Shown here: positions 1 to 26,621 of the stretch, piece after piece | Position numbering within the stretch: position 1 is the stretch's first letter | Layout: each line of letters begins with the position of its first letter | Assembly: GCF_037042905.1 (NCBI RefSeq) | Contig: NC_087250.1 | Location: 21,888,001 to 21,952,000, forward strand | Origin: Lytechinus pictus | Taxonomy: Eukaryota | Direction of reading: 5' to 3' | Length of the DNA: 64,000 nucleotides | Notes under the pieces: model-generated | The model's database searches: none | Told to the model about the DNA's origin: nothing | What the model saw: the letters and a program-made list of their open reading frames with translations, nothing else | Position numbers and translations under genes: made by a program

Positions 1-1179
1 ACCAGTGGGATTCGAACCTGCCATCTATTTCTTGCCGGACTATTCTGGTTCGCGGCTAAGTCACGATGAACTAGAATACAAAATGATGCCCTCGATCCTC
101 TTCTTTCTGACTCATTAAATCGACCCTCTTCTTTCTGACTCATTAATATGCTATTGCCCTCCGCCGTGGACAATAGATAGTAAATAAAGAGGCTTTAATA
201 GGAGGAAATTATTTGTAAATAAATTTTCGGCACTTCTCCTCCTATGTAGGAGTAATGCCGAAAATTTGTAGATTTTGAATTGCATTCATTGTTATCAAGA
301 CAAAACACGTTAACCCATTTAATGTTTGTGTTAGAAATCAATTCATCCTGAAAAAATAGTTAATGTCAAGTTTGAAGGGGTCATAATTAACTAAATGTGT
401 GATTTAGATATATCATCTCATGTGTCTGAACTGGCGAAATTTACTCATATATCCATACTGATTAGTAAAACTTTTATCTAGGTATGAGATCGACCTCATA
501 ATAGGTCGTTGCCCAGTTTTTCAAGCAGACGACGTGCGAGAAAAAGACAACGATTTTGACAGACCTTCGGAATAATAAAAAGAAAATACAACGCTGCAGC
601 AACTTATGAGATATAGAACGTGATAACATCATTAAAAAAAAGTCTCTTCAGCAATATCATATCTACAATTACGTGGAAGACGACTATTAAATGATTGATC
701 GTGATTATCAGGCGATATTATTATTATCACCCGCTCGTCGATTTCATTAGAAACATAAACATAAATTACATCTCTTACTGATTAAACACAGTCTCGTGAC
801 AGATTTGAAACGCCCCCGATGAACAAATAATTTTCTGTTTCCATGATGATCTGAAATAGATTAAATATCTTATTTGCTTTTGTAATTTTACAAGTGCCTT
901 CTAAACAATTTTAATATTAACGATAAACTTTTTCTCGAACTTTTTGATTTTTTTTTACTAACGACACTGTCAAACTTGCCATAACACGCCTTTATTAAAT
1001 CAACTTTCATGCTATTCTGTTTGTAAATATAGTCCTTATGAAACAAAACCAACTTCATTAAATTCTTCGCCTTCAGCTGCGGTAAGTCTAATCTTTTCTT
1101 CAATGTTGAGTATGATATTGATATATCTTAGGAATCTATGTGGGTCTACATGTATGTTGATTATATTACTTTTGTTGAA

Positions 1180-1901
1180 AGTACACTTATATTTTTATTT
1201 TTATTATTATATAGAATGCAGTCATGACTCCTTATTATTAACATTAACAACTATTTCAATATAGTTACAGTGGGAATTATTGTCTTGTTACTTGTATTAT
1301 CATCATTCATGAATTAGTATTATCATAAGTAGTAGTGGGAGCAGTGTATTTAGTATCATCTTAACTATTACTTTGGTTTATGATAATAATAATACTAATG
1401 ATAATATTGATAATAATAATAATAATTGATATCATTATTGTTATTACTACTTTAATTACCATCATTATTACTACCATCATCATTATTATTATTATCATAA
1501 TTATTGATATTAATATTATTATTGTTGATATTATTTTTATCATTATCATTACTGCACTCTAAAAGTAAAATGTTAAATCAACATTTGAAAGATTTGTGGA
1601 GACACAACAATTTCTGATTGTTGCATTTACCACTGTAAATGGTGTGAACGAACATTTAAATTGTTGACTTTGGCTTTATGGAAGAATGGATATAACATTT
1701 CAAAATGTTTGTCACTCCTCCACCCTTTCAAATGTTGATTGAACATTTCATTTTTAGAGTGTATTGTTATTTCAATTATTGTTATTATCATTTCTCACCA
1801 CACCACCACCATCATAATCATCATCATTGTCATCATCATCATCATCATCATCATCATTGTCATCATCATCATCATCATCATCATTGTCATCATCATCATT
1901 G

Positions 1902-1933
<32 letters not shown>

Positions 1934-2010
1934 TTCGCCATTGTTATTTATTATTATTTAAGTATTATTATAAGAAAATTAATATCATCATCATCATCTA
2001 TTTGATTAGA
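1180..2010. repeat. Low-complexity (ATT/AAT)n and (CAT)n microsatellite region
   Basis: Degenerate trinucleotide repeats, with a near-pure (CAT)n tract at about 1810-1935; source of the poly-His and poly-Ile ORFs. Confidence 0.9.
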
Positions 2011-2272
2011 TTAATAATTACCATCGACCTCAAACATTAAATCAGAAGTAAATGGTTCATAACAGACCATCCCCCATAACTTAATGGAATTCAATCGATT
2101 GATTTAGTGTATTTATTATGACAAATAATACATGTAATATTTTTGCAAGAAAGTAATAAGGATTACTTTTACAATTTGTCTTTGTCTGAAAACTAATCAG
2201 TATATCGTTCAAAAATGTTATCCACTAAAAAACCCCATAAAACGGTTTTAGAGCAATATCGTAAAAACGAAA

Positions 2273-2294
2273 CCACGCCCATCTTTCTATAAAA
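2273..2294 (+). promoter_or_regulatory. Candidate TDO core promoter: Sp/KLF-type CCACGCCC box followed by TATAAAA
   Basis: CCACGCCC at 2273-2280 and TATAAAA at 2288-2294, about 150 bp upstream of the TDO ATG. Motif match only; no TSS data. Confidence 0.35.
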
Positions 2295-2444
2295 AATAAT
2301 ACTAACACTATTAATAAACAATGATATCAATAATATAACAAAAAGTGGATTTAGCAGATGATACAACAATTATTTATATTTTCTAGACGGAACTACTTTA
2401 TCAGCCATAAACTCCACGACATCTGATCGAACCATCTGTTCAAA

Positions 2445-15842
<13,398 letters not shown>

Positions 15843-17660
15843 TCAATCATGTCAATGAAATCGTCAGGGAGCGTTTCATAACACGTGATATAATAGCACA
15901 TTTCTAATAAAAGTTAAAAGCTACTGAAATCATGGTATTTGATTGGCTGATGGTAAATTTGTTTTAGAAATCAGAAATGTATTGCTATATCAGGTCTTTA
16001 TGAAACGGGACCCAAACCTTCAGTTCATTTCAGGTCCCGGTTGCAGAAAGAGTTGTGTTTGAACGCAACTAAACAAAAATCAGTCGCAATACACGATTTT
16101 GATAATAATGGTTGATCATCAAAATTGAATATATTTTTATGTACGTTCGCTAAATTGCAACTCGGTTCTTATAGCAAAAAAGTGTAATAATGGTAACTGG
16201 TAATCTCGCTAGAAATAGATTATTCGCACCAATTTCTATTCAAAATACAGACGAAATTCAATATCATTTGAACATTTGAAAAAGAATAGCAGCTGAGTTA
16301 GAACTTAGAAACACCGTAAATTAAGTGCTGACTCGAACCTGTCATATCGCTTTAAAAAAATATTTTGAACTTAAAACGTACATCAGGGGGCGCGGAAATG
16401 GTGGGGGGGGGGCCTGAATGGGATTCAGCCCTACCCATTTCCAAATCCGTGTACACAAACGTAAAAATGGCCATCTGATTGTGATTTTTTTTTGCCTAGT
16501 CAGAGCCCCCCCCCCCCCCCCAATATAAAACCGTTCCGCGGCCTCTGTACCATCTGTGTTCCGGGGCTAGAAAAGGCCCCAACCCTCCACGAAGAATATC
16601 AATGTTTTTGTTCTGAATCAAATCACCGCACAGTATTTGTCATCTATGAAACTTTTTTATGAACATCGTTGGAATTTTTCGCTTTCACATTTCACGAATT
16701 TGCATACCAAATTCATTAGAAGATTAGGAATTGTTTAAAAATTTCGATTTGTGCTCGATCGCTTTCATACGCGATCGCTTTTTTAATACAAAAATATCAC
16801 ATCCAAGAACTAAGCCCCCTTTAATTATATCAATGTAAACTAGATAAGAAGATAAGTTGATATAATAGTCTGAGGTGTCTCCTCGCCCGATTGTAAAATT
16901 GTCGTAAAAATGTTTTTTTACGACTATAAAGAATATGGGTTTGCAATAGACACACCTTGATAACTATGTTAACATCTAAAGTAAAAAATCCGATTGCTGT
17001 CCTATATGATGATTGAATACGAGCACTGGAAAATGCTATTTGTGAAAATAATTAATTTCCAACACATTTAATATCGGCCAAATAAAAAATAAATGAAATA
17101 TTATATTTGTAGCAGATAATCACGGGTGGCTATGGCATGTTAAAGAACCTTATGGATATTAAAAGTAAAGTACAAATAACATAAAATTGGAATAAAGTTC
17201 ATTTCACGTAAGACTATCGATCTATTCTAAATAGATTTTTTATTTTCGCAATACTGTAAAGAAGAATGATGTAGAGACTGGATTATAAATGCCGTTTTTA
17301 ATAACTTGAAGAATCCTATGTTCAATATTTATTAGTAAAAAATAAACATAAATATGATAGTGATGATTGTAATTAATTTTTTCCATGCCTATGATTTCGG
17401 ACTCTGGATATGTGTCTTTATTTCTTTATCTTTCATTCCTTCTTTTTTAAATTTATGTTTCCAGTTTCCCACCCTTTTCCTTGCGAAATTATCTGGAATA
17501 AAAATTATAAAAAGAATAGAGGATGACAAGAAAAAGCATTAGCAAGGAAGGGTGTACGGAAATTGGAAGTATAAATGAAGTTAAAGGAAAGAAATTGAAG
17601 CGAAACAATCCCTGCTAAGAAACAACACATTGTCACACAGTGTGGTCATGGTGTGGACTA

Positions 17661-17814
17661 TGAATGAATATTATTCACAGTGTGAATGAATATTATTCAC
17701 AGTGTGAATAAATATTATTCACAGTGTGAATAAATATTATTCACAGTGTGAATAAATATTATCCACAGTGTGAATAAATATTATCCACAGTGTGAGTAAA
17801 TATTATTCACACTG
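17661..17814. repeat. Tandem array of a self-palindromic 22-bp unit (about 7 copies)
   Basis: Unit TGTGAATAA-ATA-TTATTCACA-G, lying inside a CCC-starting element beginning near 17611. Confidence 0.85.
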
Positions 17815-18874
17815 TTAAAATGCTCAAATTCAACAGTCTACATATATTTTCACACTAAGGACACCTCGACAGTGTGACAGTTCAAGGAGTGTTAAGACGA
17901 CTATCTGAATATGTGATTCACACGGTAATTTTTAAATATGTACACACTTAAAATGTTGGGCGACATACTGTCCATTGTGTTGGGTAATGTATATTGGTGA
18001 AAAGAAATATATAAATTCTGGGCAATTGTTATCCTATTGAGCAAATTTATTACCCAATTATTAGGTTGTAATACCCAATTTGGGCAGACTTCAACCAATA
18101 GTTGCGTGGACAGTATGTTGCTAAGGATTGGTTTAAAGTTGGGCATTTTTTGCCCAACTATTTTAAGAGTGTATTGTCATATTTACCAGTGTGTAGGTAA
18201 TTTCACATTGAAAATGAATCGCTAAATAATAAAATCATTATTGATATCGAGATAAACTTGTCTGAAGGAGACATAGTTGACATGAGAAGAGAACTAATTT
18301 AAGTTGAATCATATCAGAAAGGAATAAGTAGCATATAACTATGATTGGAGAGAGATGGGTAAAAAAACACAATATCACAAATGCTTCTTTGAAAAACGAT
18401 TGAAACAAAAGGAAAATAACTTAAAGACAGGGCGAGTGGTTTAAGAAGAAATATCATTAATATTGGTGAAAGTGAACGGAACTATCATATCTTAATTGAT
18501 TGCCTAAAGATGAAAATGAATCCAATATACAGCATGGAATATCTTCCCCTCCTGAAACTTGCAGAAAAAATAATTTTTGTATAAAAAATTGCAACATTTC
18601 TGCCATGGACCTGGCCAAGGAGGATTATCTATCGTTACTGGGGGTGCTGTGACAATGCTTAGCACCCCCAGTAACAAACCTCCGTGGACAGGTCCCTGAT
18701 TTCTGTTCGTTCGCTTCGTTCCTGCAGCTTTTTATAACTTTCGTCCCTATACGCCAACCCCTAAATGTTGGCCCATTACCCCATTAATTTGTAGGCAAAA
18801 CTTACAGCCCTCATGCTTGCTCATTAACATGATTAGCACAGGGGCTTGCGGACTGACTGAATTACGTATAGTGT

Positions 18875-19034
18875 TAGCCTCTTGTCGATGCCCTGTCGGC
18901 TGCTTTCCGAGCGAACATGGCGAAGCAAGGGAGAGAGCGAAGCAGAGCGCCGCGCGCCAGGCCTAATTCGCTTCGCGAAAGGAAATCCCTCGCTTCGCTC
19001 GAGAAGCAGCCGCCAGGGCCTCGACAAGAGGCTA
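18875..19034. mobile_element. 160-bp TAG..CTA MITE with 9-bp TSD (AcademH-like)
   Basis: TIR tagcctcttgtcga / tcgacaagaggcta; TSD gtatagtgt at 18866-18874 and 19035-19043. Confidence 0.8.
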
Positions 19035-19047
19035 GTATAGTGTTGAC

Positions 19048-19301
19048 TCTTGGGGCAAAAAGTACATCCTTTATAAAATATTTTAGTCTTGATTTGTTAT
19101 ACCCTCGCAAAGTTGACCCTAAACACGTAGCTTTCCTTGCGAAATAGATACCTTTTTTTTTCATCATTTTAGTGTTTTTGACACCCTTATTACGTTGCGT
19201 ACGTAACGTGCCCTATCTTGAAAAAGACATAATTTTTACGTGTTTTTTTGGTCGCACATGGTATCCACTCTTCAATGTAAGTGCCCCCCCCCCCCCCCGG
19301 G
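19048..19301. mobile_element. Half copy of the CCCGGG-terminated MITE family
   Basis: Matches the right half of 58759-59324 (ggtatccactc..aatgtaagtg..cccggg). Confidence 0.8.
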
Positions 19302-19799
19302 TCCCAAGTGCATAAACATGACTTAAAAACGCGAACGCCCTGATCAACAAACGCTCAAGCTGCTCTATCGGAGCTTTAAAAAAAAACCAAGCAAGCACAT
19401 GTAGAATGATCGCTTTATGCACACTCTTGTTAGCAATAGCTTAATCGTCAAGGAAGTGCAAACAGTCAGAGATTGTTGAACTTACTAGCAAAAGCATTTT
19501 GCTTCCTCAGTTTAATGCATACGGAATTAAGCGAAAGCCCAGCAAAAGCAATTGCTACTTTTTATGCATCTGACCTATAATGTATATTTGTAAAGCGCTT
19601 TGAGAAGTCTTTCGGATGTAATAATCAAAAGCAAATAGTTATCATTATATTCTTGGCCTGTCAACTACCCCCCCCCCTTAATTTTTGGGTTCAAGGTTTA
19701 AAAATGTGATTTTGTGAGTTTGATTCGAGCCCATAATGATAAAAATAATAATGATGATAAAATAATAGTAATATTAATGATAATAATAATATTGATGAT

Positions 19800-20150
19800 A
19801 ATGATAATAATAATGATAATGATAGATGCTTATAAAGAGCATAATATTTAACAGAATGTCCATGCGCTTTACATACAAGTAATTTAGTCTTTTACCAGTA
19901 ACTAAGAATAAGAAACATATATATAATTATATATATTTATATATTGAAAATTGACAAAGTAACATTATAATACACCGGGTTTAACCAAAATAATTTATCA
20001 TGAGAACAAGAAGGCCGATATCTTTAACGTTTTGAGAAAGGCGTAATGACCCTCAGTTGATTAGGTGATTTATTACAAAGTGCAGGAGCTGCTGACTGAA
20101 AGGCACGATGCCCCAACAAACTTGTACGAAACACCATTCTCATTGAATAG
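19800..20150 (-). mobile_element. 3' remnant of an L2-type LINE
   Basis: Minus strand reads GHRAFQSAAPALCNKSP, similar to the L2 C-terminal GxRAFxxAAPxLWNxLP, followed by an aagcgc tail and (att)n. Confidence 0.55.
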
Positions 20151-21745
20151 TGACCATTGTGTTTCTTCTATTCGTCATTATACAAAAACGTGCATGCTTC
20201 AAAAGAAGGCAGTGGCAGTAGTGTAGAATCGAAGCAACCGGGGCGTAGACTTGGGGTCTGCTGGGGGGCATGTGCATCCTCCCGCTGAGGGAGAGCTGTT
20301 CGACACCTTATACTTTCAACAACTGATTTTCCAAACGTTACAGGGGCCGCGGGAACGGTTTTCAAAGTAGGGGGGGGGGGGCTGAGCCAAAAGTGGGGGG
20401 CTGACGATGCAAAAAATCACAGTCCTATGGTCATTTTTACGCTTTTGTACACGGTTTTGGAAAAAAGTGGGCTGAACCCCCCTGCTTCCGCGGCCCTGCT
20501 TTAGTTCAACCTCCCAAAGGTGTGCACCTCTCATACCACTTTAGTTCCACCTCCCCCGGAAGTGCGCCTCCACACCACTTTAATTCCACCTCCTCAAGAT
20601 CACGGAGCACCTACCAATGCTCAAAACAGCCTACGCCCTAGAGCAGGGTTGGAGTATGATATTTACCATCGTTGCAGAACTAACACGTGATGGACGTTTC
20701 AATAGACACTACGAGTGTATGAAAACATCAAAGAATTAAATATGGGCCTACATCTCTTGGCAGCCATCCATCATCACAATTAACTCACTGGCGACTGAAA
20801 CTTCCAGTCTCGAAGCGTTTAGGTCCCAGCGCAAAGCCCCTACATGAATTACGAAATGCCCTTTCGTGGGTTACGTCTTAAGCAGATCGCCCGGTACTTC
20901 GAACCATTGCCTTCTCCATTGAGCATTTGAAGACGGAAAACACCTTGTGGACGGATATTGCTGAAAATTCCACACTTGTTGCCATCGGTCGGTGAATAAA
21001 CTGTGACAGATATCATCGAAATTCCGGTACGTCCCAGAACCGAAATCCAGTTGAAACCAATTACAGCAACACCAAATGAAACCAGTTGGCCAACTGATTT
21101 CAATAGGGAAATTTGAACAACTGGTTCCAATATTATTGAAACCAGTTGCCAATTGGTTCCAGTTAAAACAAATTGGCCTGCTGGAACCAGTTGGCAATTA
21201 GTTCCAGTTGAAACCAATTAGGCAACTGCATTTCAATTGATTCCACTAGTTCCAATTTCCCTATTAAAACCAGTTGAATCCAATTAGAGGCAACTGGTTT
21301 CAATTGGTTCCAGTTTAAACCAATCGGAGGCAACTCTTTGCAGTTTAAACCAATTGCTTTCAACTGCACTCTTAAAACAAATCACTCAAATTGACTAGAC
21401 CAGTAGTCAGCTGGGTGCAACTGATATGGCAATCACGGATAGTCACATTTTTGACATATATTCTAATCAGAAATAACTCTGTTCTGGTAAAATATGGCTA
21501 GAAAATAGTCAAATGTGACTAGAATAACAGTTGCACCCAGCTGACCGTATATAGTAATTTTTGACTGATTTGTTTTTAGAGTGGATCTAGTTGGAACTTC
21601 CAGTTGGAATGAAGTTAATAGTTATGAATTAATTAGCGTTTGCACTTACTATTGGTCATGCCAACACAGAAGCATTGTTATATGTCAATTAATAGCAATG
21701 TAAAGGGCATTGATACAAATATAGACTTTCATATATAGTGCGTCC

Positions 21746-23758
21746 CATGGGCATCCCATGGGATACATCCCCCCACTTTTCGGAGAGGCGAGATGGCATG
21801 TACAATCATCCCCTACTTTTCAAAATAGAAAAAAACATGTTTAATTATCAAATGGTTAATACTATTGTTAATCTGTGGAATTATCTTTAAATGCAGTAAA
21901 AGTGCTTAAATTGGTCTACGCAAAATTTCTCGCGCGGTCGCTCCGCCCCCGCGCTCAACCTACTACAAGAATTCGGCCGTGACAAATCCCTACACGTTTA
22001 GACTATTGCAAAGGTTAAATCCACTGCATCATTTATGTTAGTTTAGTCCATTTATGAATATGTGATTCAAATGACTTTCAAATATAATAATAACTTTTAT
22101 CATAAACGAATTAAAACATCCTTTAAAAACACTTTCGTGAATATACGAGGGGGTCATCTGGTATTTTTGTGGAAGCGGGGATTTTGTACGAAAAATATTT
22201 GGCCTACCGTATTCATCGGAAGTATACGATTAGTCACTGAAGACATTGATAAAATCAATGCCGTTAATGAACCATTCATCCTGACCATTTTATCCATTTA
22301 TAGGAGACTTAATCACATTAATTAACACAACAATGTAATAAATATTTCATAAATAAATTTTGCTCAAAAATGGGAATGATACATCATCTTCCAATGTAAT
22401 CTTAAGGATTATTCGAAATATTTCATTTTCGTATTCACCATTAGGATATTTCCACGTTTTTGGAAGTTTATTTTGTGACTTGTGATGGCCTTTGATAAGT
22501 TCATATGGCACCCTTATTCCTGATAATCATGATCTTAATTTTGTTTTCATTCTCATCTCACCTTTGACCAGTTAGCAAATGAGTTTTCATTGAACAAAAA
22601 AGACTACTTGAATCCCTATTTGCTCTTTTTATATATTTAATAATGATAATAATATTCCGCATCTATATAGCGCTTAACACATCGGAACGACGTCTCTAAG
22701 CGCTTTACAGATATATTATTACCCCGGTCATCGGATCCTTGCATGCCCGCATACAATGTATGCACCTTCTCCACTCCCTGGGGAGCATTCCAACAAGAGT
22801 TCCAAGACTCAATTGCTAGGCATACTACATAGGCTTTCGCATCCTACCGGGTACCCATTTAACACCTGGGTGGAGAGTGGCAAATTGTGGATTGACGCCT
22901 TGCCAAAGGACGCTAGGCCATGGTGGGATTCGAACACACGACCCTCTGATTACAAGGCGAGAGTCAGAACCGCTACACCACAGCGCTTCTTGTTCGTATC
23001 CTTCTAAATTTTACGTTATTGATAATATACCTTTATTATCCTCTGCATTTAATGCATATTATTTATAACGACGGAATCAATTATATAAGGCTCGCTAACT
23101 ACGCTACCCGCCGCAATTTCTCCCATAATTACACTCCCTTGAAAGACGATTTGATAATCATTCTGTTTCTGTTTCTTTCAACTATGGAAAATTTGCTCGT
23201 TTCGTTCGCTCGCATTTGGATACTAACAGTAACCAAATAGTTTACGTCACAAGAAATCCATTACAATATCACCATCGTTGTGATAACCTGTTCAAGTAAA
23301 AGATGATAGTGTTATGCACGCAGTTATATAGGCCTATATACCCCTGTGATGTGATAATTTCACTCCACATGAAAGAGGGGCAACATTCTTTCTTCCACCT
23401 ACTGACAATTTGCCGCTTGCTATGCTCATTCGCCAAATTATCAAATAATCACACCTCATGAAAGACGATTTTGGTCATCATGACATTGTCTTCCAACTAC
23501 CGACAATTTTTTCGCTCGCTTCGCTCGCATTTGGATATTAACTGTATTTCAGTAGTTTATAGCACAACAAATTCATTCTTATAGCCATTGAAAAAAAATA
23601 TCCTTAGAGGCCTTTAACTGAAAGATAAAAAGATTATGTACGCGGTTACATACCCCCGTATACATAGCCTTAGGTGTGGGGGTGTCCCCAAATTTTTTAA
23701 TTGTCAGGTCAATATATTGGTTGTATCCCCCACTGCTCGGCCCATATCAACGTCAGTT
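21746..23758. mobile_element. Old hAT-type non-autonomous element
   Basis: 8-bp TSD gtgcgtcc at 21738-21745 and 23759-23766; degenerate catggg... termini. Confidence 0.6.
22640..22990 (-). mobile_element. Full-length tRNA-derived SINE with L2-type tail
   Basis: Minus strand has a tggtgtagcgg A-box, gttcgaatccc B-box, central cactctccacccaggtgttaaatgggtacc block, and an aagcgct...aagcgctatata tail with (att)n. Confidence 0.85.
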
Positions 23759-25529
23759 GTGCGTCCCGGAAAAAAAGGAAACAGTGATTCAGTGTAAACA
23801 TTTCCTATCATGATCATAAATTTGCTTCATAAAATGTAGGACCTACATGAATGGAAAGATATACTTCTCTACTCTCATTTGAAACCCATCTCAACGTTCC
23901 TAATGCACGCATGACTGAGTTAGAACAATGAAAAGTCGTGGTACCAAATTTCCATTTGCACGATCAAATTATGATTTTGAGTTAGTTTTGCTGGCTTTTA
24001 CTGCTATCTATTCGGAGAAAGGATTTTATATCTTAAATATCCATAATTTCCTCTTTCATATGAGACCTTATTCGTAAAATATGATTGACGCATGTTTGAG
24101 ACAAAGTTGCATGAAAACATGCCCGATTTCGACCTATTTGACGGATCGTTGGAAAATCAACCATCGTTTTCTCCAACAAAGCATCAGACAATAAGTTAAC
24201 AGCTTGAACAGCGAACGCTGTTTCGGGCCAGCGAAGAAAAACCCTTTATTGTTGTCATTGACTGGAGTATATGGCTATGGGAATTCAATATTACAATGTT
24301 AATAATTTTGATTAAGTTTTATATCAAACTTCTCTCAGTCATTAATTTCGTCGCTTCATTTCACTGGGCATGCTGGGGTGGAAGAATTATGTTTGAAGGG
24401 GCGAGGGGGGGGGGGTACATCACTTTCTACAATTGAAAGGGAGAAAACCATTTTCTTGTATTTCTTGAAGTCGGTCACCCCCCATTCAATATTCCAATGA
24501 CCCTGCCTCGTCTTATCATTTCAGCCAATCTTTCTTTTTCTTTAAACAAGTTTTACAAAAAGAATTCAAACATAACATTCAAGCCAATGACAATCACCGC
24601 GCATTTACCAGTAACCCATTATCTACCGCTTTGTTGGAAATGCTCGTTTTTCAATGATCCGTCCAATAGGTGGAAATCACGCATGATTTCATACAATTTT
24701 TTCGACAATGCGTCAATCATAATTATTTCATGCACGAGTTGTTATATGAAAGATGGATAAATGAATATCAAAGTTGTATTATGTGTACCTGCCATGTTCC
24801 TCTTTTCATTTTCAGTTTTATTTGCACCACTCTTTTCTCCCTCTCTCCTTTCTTTGCCTCCCTTTTCCACGCTTATAATTTCTAGTAAAAAAAATCATCA
24901 TTATTATCGTTATCATTACAATTATTATCTAAATTACTTTCCATTTTTTGTTGTCGCTTATTCGCTCTATTTTTGTATTTTGTAGATTATGTATTTCAAT
25001 TTCGTTTTCCGTCCGTCTCTTGTATATAGGTTATGTTAATTAGTATTGGAACGAAGTTTAGGGACTTGCCTTTTTTACAAGCTCTGCTTTCCTCCGTTCA
25101 GATCATTTATCTTCAATATTTGTTATGAAATGTTATAGAACTGTATGTATTATTTTGAGTATGTATTATTTTGAACATGCATTTACACTGTAACTCGGAT
25201 TAAATCATTTGTTTGAACGGAAATAAATAAATCTAATCTTATGAACTTCGTTTTCCGAATACATTGGAGTAAAATTCAGAAAAACTCACTCAAATTCGTA
25301 ATTTGATCGTGCAAATGGAATTTTGCTACCACCACTTTTAATTGTGCTCAGTCATGCGTGCATTAAGAACTTTAAAAGGTGGGCTTCAAATATAAAAAGA
25401 AAATGAGTGTATCTTTTTAATGATATATATCTCATGAAGCGAATTTATAATTATATGGTAAAAAATTACACGGAATTTTGGTTCCCTTTCCTCTGGGACG
25501 CACTGTATATTTATATGGAGGAACTTCAT

Positions 25530-25826
25530 GGGCGTGTCGTGGTCTAGTGGTTCCGACTCTGGCCTCTCAAACAAAGGGTCGTGGTTTCGAATCCTGACCG
25601 TGGCGTGTTTTCCTTCAGCAAGAAATTTATCCACAATGTGCTGCACTCAACCCAGGTAAGGTAAATGGGCACCGGCAGGAAATAATTCCCCAAAAAGCTG
25701 TGTGCACCGGAATCGGTAGCCTAGCTCAGCCGGGGTAATAATAACAGGACCCGCTGGGAGAACAGTTATCGGAACTGTAGTGGCTACCCTGGGTAAATAT
25801 ACCGTTATTATCATTATTATCATTAT
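25530..25826 (+). mobile_element. Full-length tRNA-derived SINE
   Basis: tggtctagtgg A-box, gtttcgaatcc B-box, cactcaacccaggt..aaatggg body, tail ggacccgctgggagaacag...ccctgggtaaata plus (att)n. Confidence 0.85.
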
Positions 25827-26621
25827 ATCTTCGAATATATGTATTTGATGTACCTTGATAACAGTGGTGTACTAATTATCTTTTAATCTGTTGCAATTAC
25901 AAGCTATAACATCTATGAAAATGGTTTTCACTGCTAAGTATTCTAAACATTTATCTTAGTGTGGCACTTGCAAATGAAAAGAAATGAATAGATACATTGT
26001 AAATGATGATGAATCACATAAAACACACACATTGGCAGATAATATGCAAATCAACTCGTTTCAATTGGATCGAGTTGGGTAACCGGAAAAAATTCCAATC
26101 GAAAACCAATTGATTTTTTTTTCCAGTTAATCAACTAGATCCAGTTAGGATTTCCAGCTATCCAACTGGTTCCAATTAGAAGTCATTTCCAGTTACCCAA
26201 ATTTCCAGTTCCCAACTGGATCCAATTAGAAGCCATTAATTTTAAGTTACCGAACTTTCCAGTTAGAAGTCATTTTCAGTTACCCAACTCGTTCCAGTTA
26301 GAAGTCATTTCTAGTTGGAAGGCATTTCCAGTTACTCAAATGGTTCCAGTTAGGGTTTCCAGCTTTCCGACAGGTTCCAATTGGTTTCTATTGGAAATTT
26401 TCATATTCCATTTAAAACAAATTGAAACCAGTTAAAAATCCAACTGGTTTTAATTGGATTTTGGTCCTGGGGTTTTCACACACACACAAAAATCATATTA
26501 TAGTGATTTGTAGGAATATCTGAAATACCCCTAATTTTTTGTTGGACGCATCCACCAGCAGCACATTAGTTATTTTTCATTGACCTAAAAAGGCCCGTGA
26601 TTATTTTGAGCAGCCCTCTGT

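Larger units (their letters stand above)
21736..25505. mobile_element. Tc1/mariner-like non-autonomous element whose left TIR is split by a later insertion
   Basis: ta|(t)agtgcgtcc at the left, resuming at 23759 (gtgcgtcccggaaaa); right end ctgggacgcactg|ta. Same terminal motif as 37068-37888. Confidence 0.7.
21033..26471. mobile_element. CCC..GGG element with subterminal CCAGTT/AACTGG repeats (CMC/EnSpm-like) hosting nested insertions
   Basis: Left end cccagaaccgaaatccagttgaaacc matches the reverse complement of the right end (cccaggaccaaaatccaattaaaacc); repeat arrays at 21040-21360 and 26060-26460; possible gt/gt 2-bp TSD. Confidence 0.65.

Noticed and set aside
1..75. Possible tRNA genes here and at 6060, 22920-22990, 25530, 32250 and 32752
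   Set aside because: Only A/B-box-like heads, mostly running into SINE bodies; I could not fold a complete cloverleaf. tRNAscan-SE would settle it.
1361..2040. Poly-His and poly-Ile ORFs
   Set aside because: Translations of (CAT)n/(ATT)n microsatellites, open in several frames, with no splice or domain evidence.
17661..17814. CRISPR-like array or bacterial oriC (TTATCCACA DnaA boxes present)
   Set aside because: Units are directly adjacent with no unique spacers, there are no cas genes, and the context is a eukaryotic TE; the DnaA match is a variant of the repeat unit.
20849..21369. Overlapping minus-strand ORFs rich in NW/QL
   Set aside because: Translations of the CCAGTT/AACTGG subterminal repeats.
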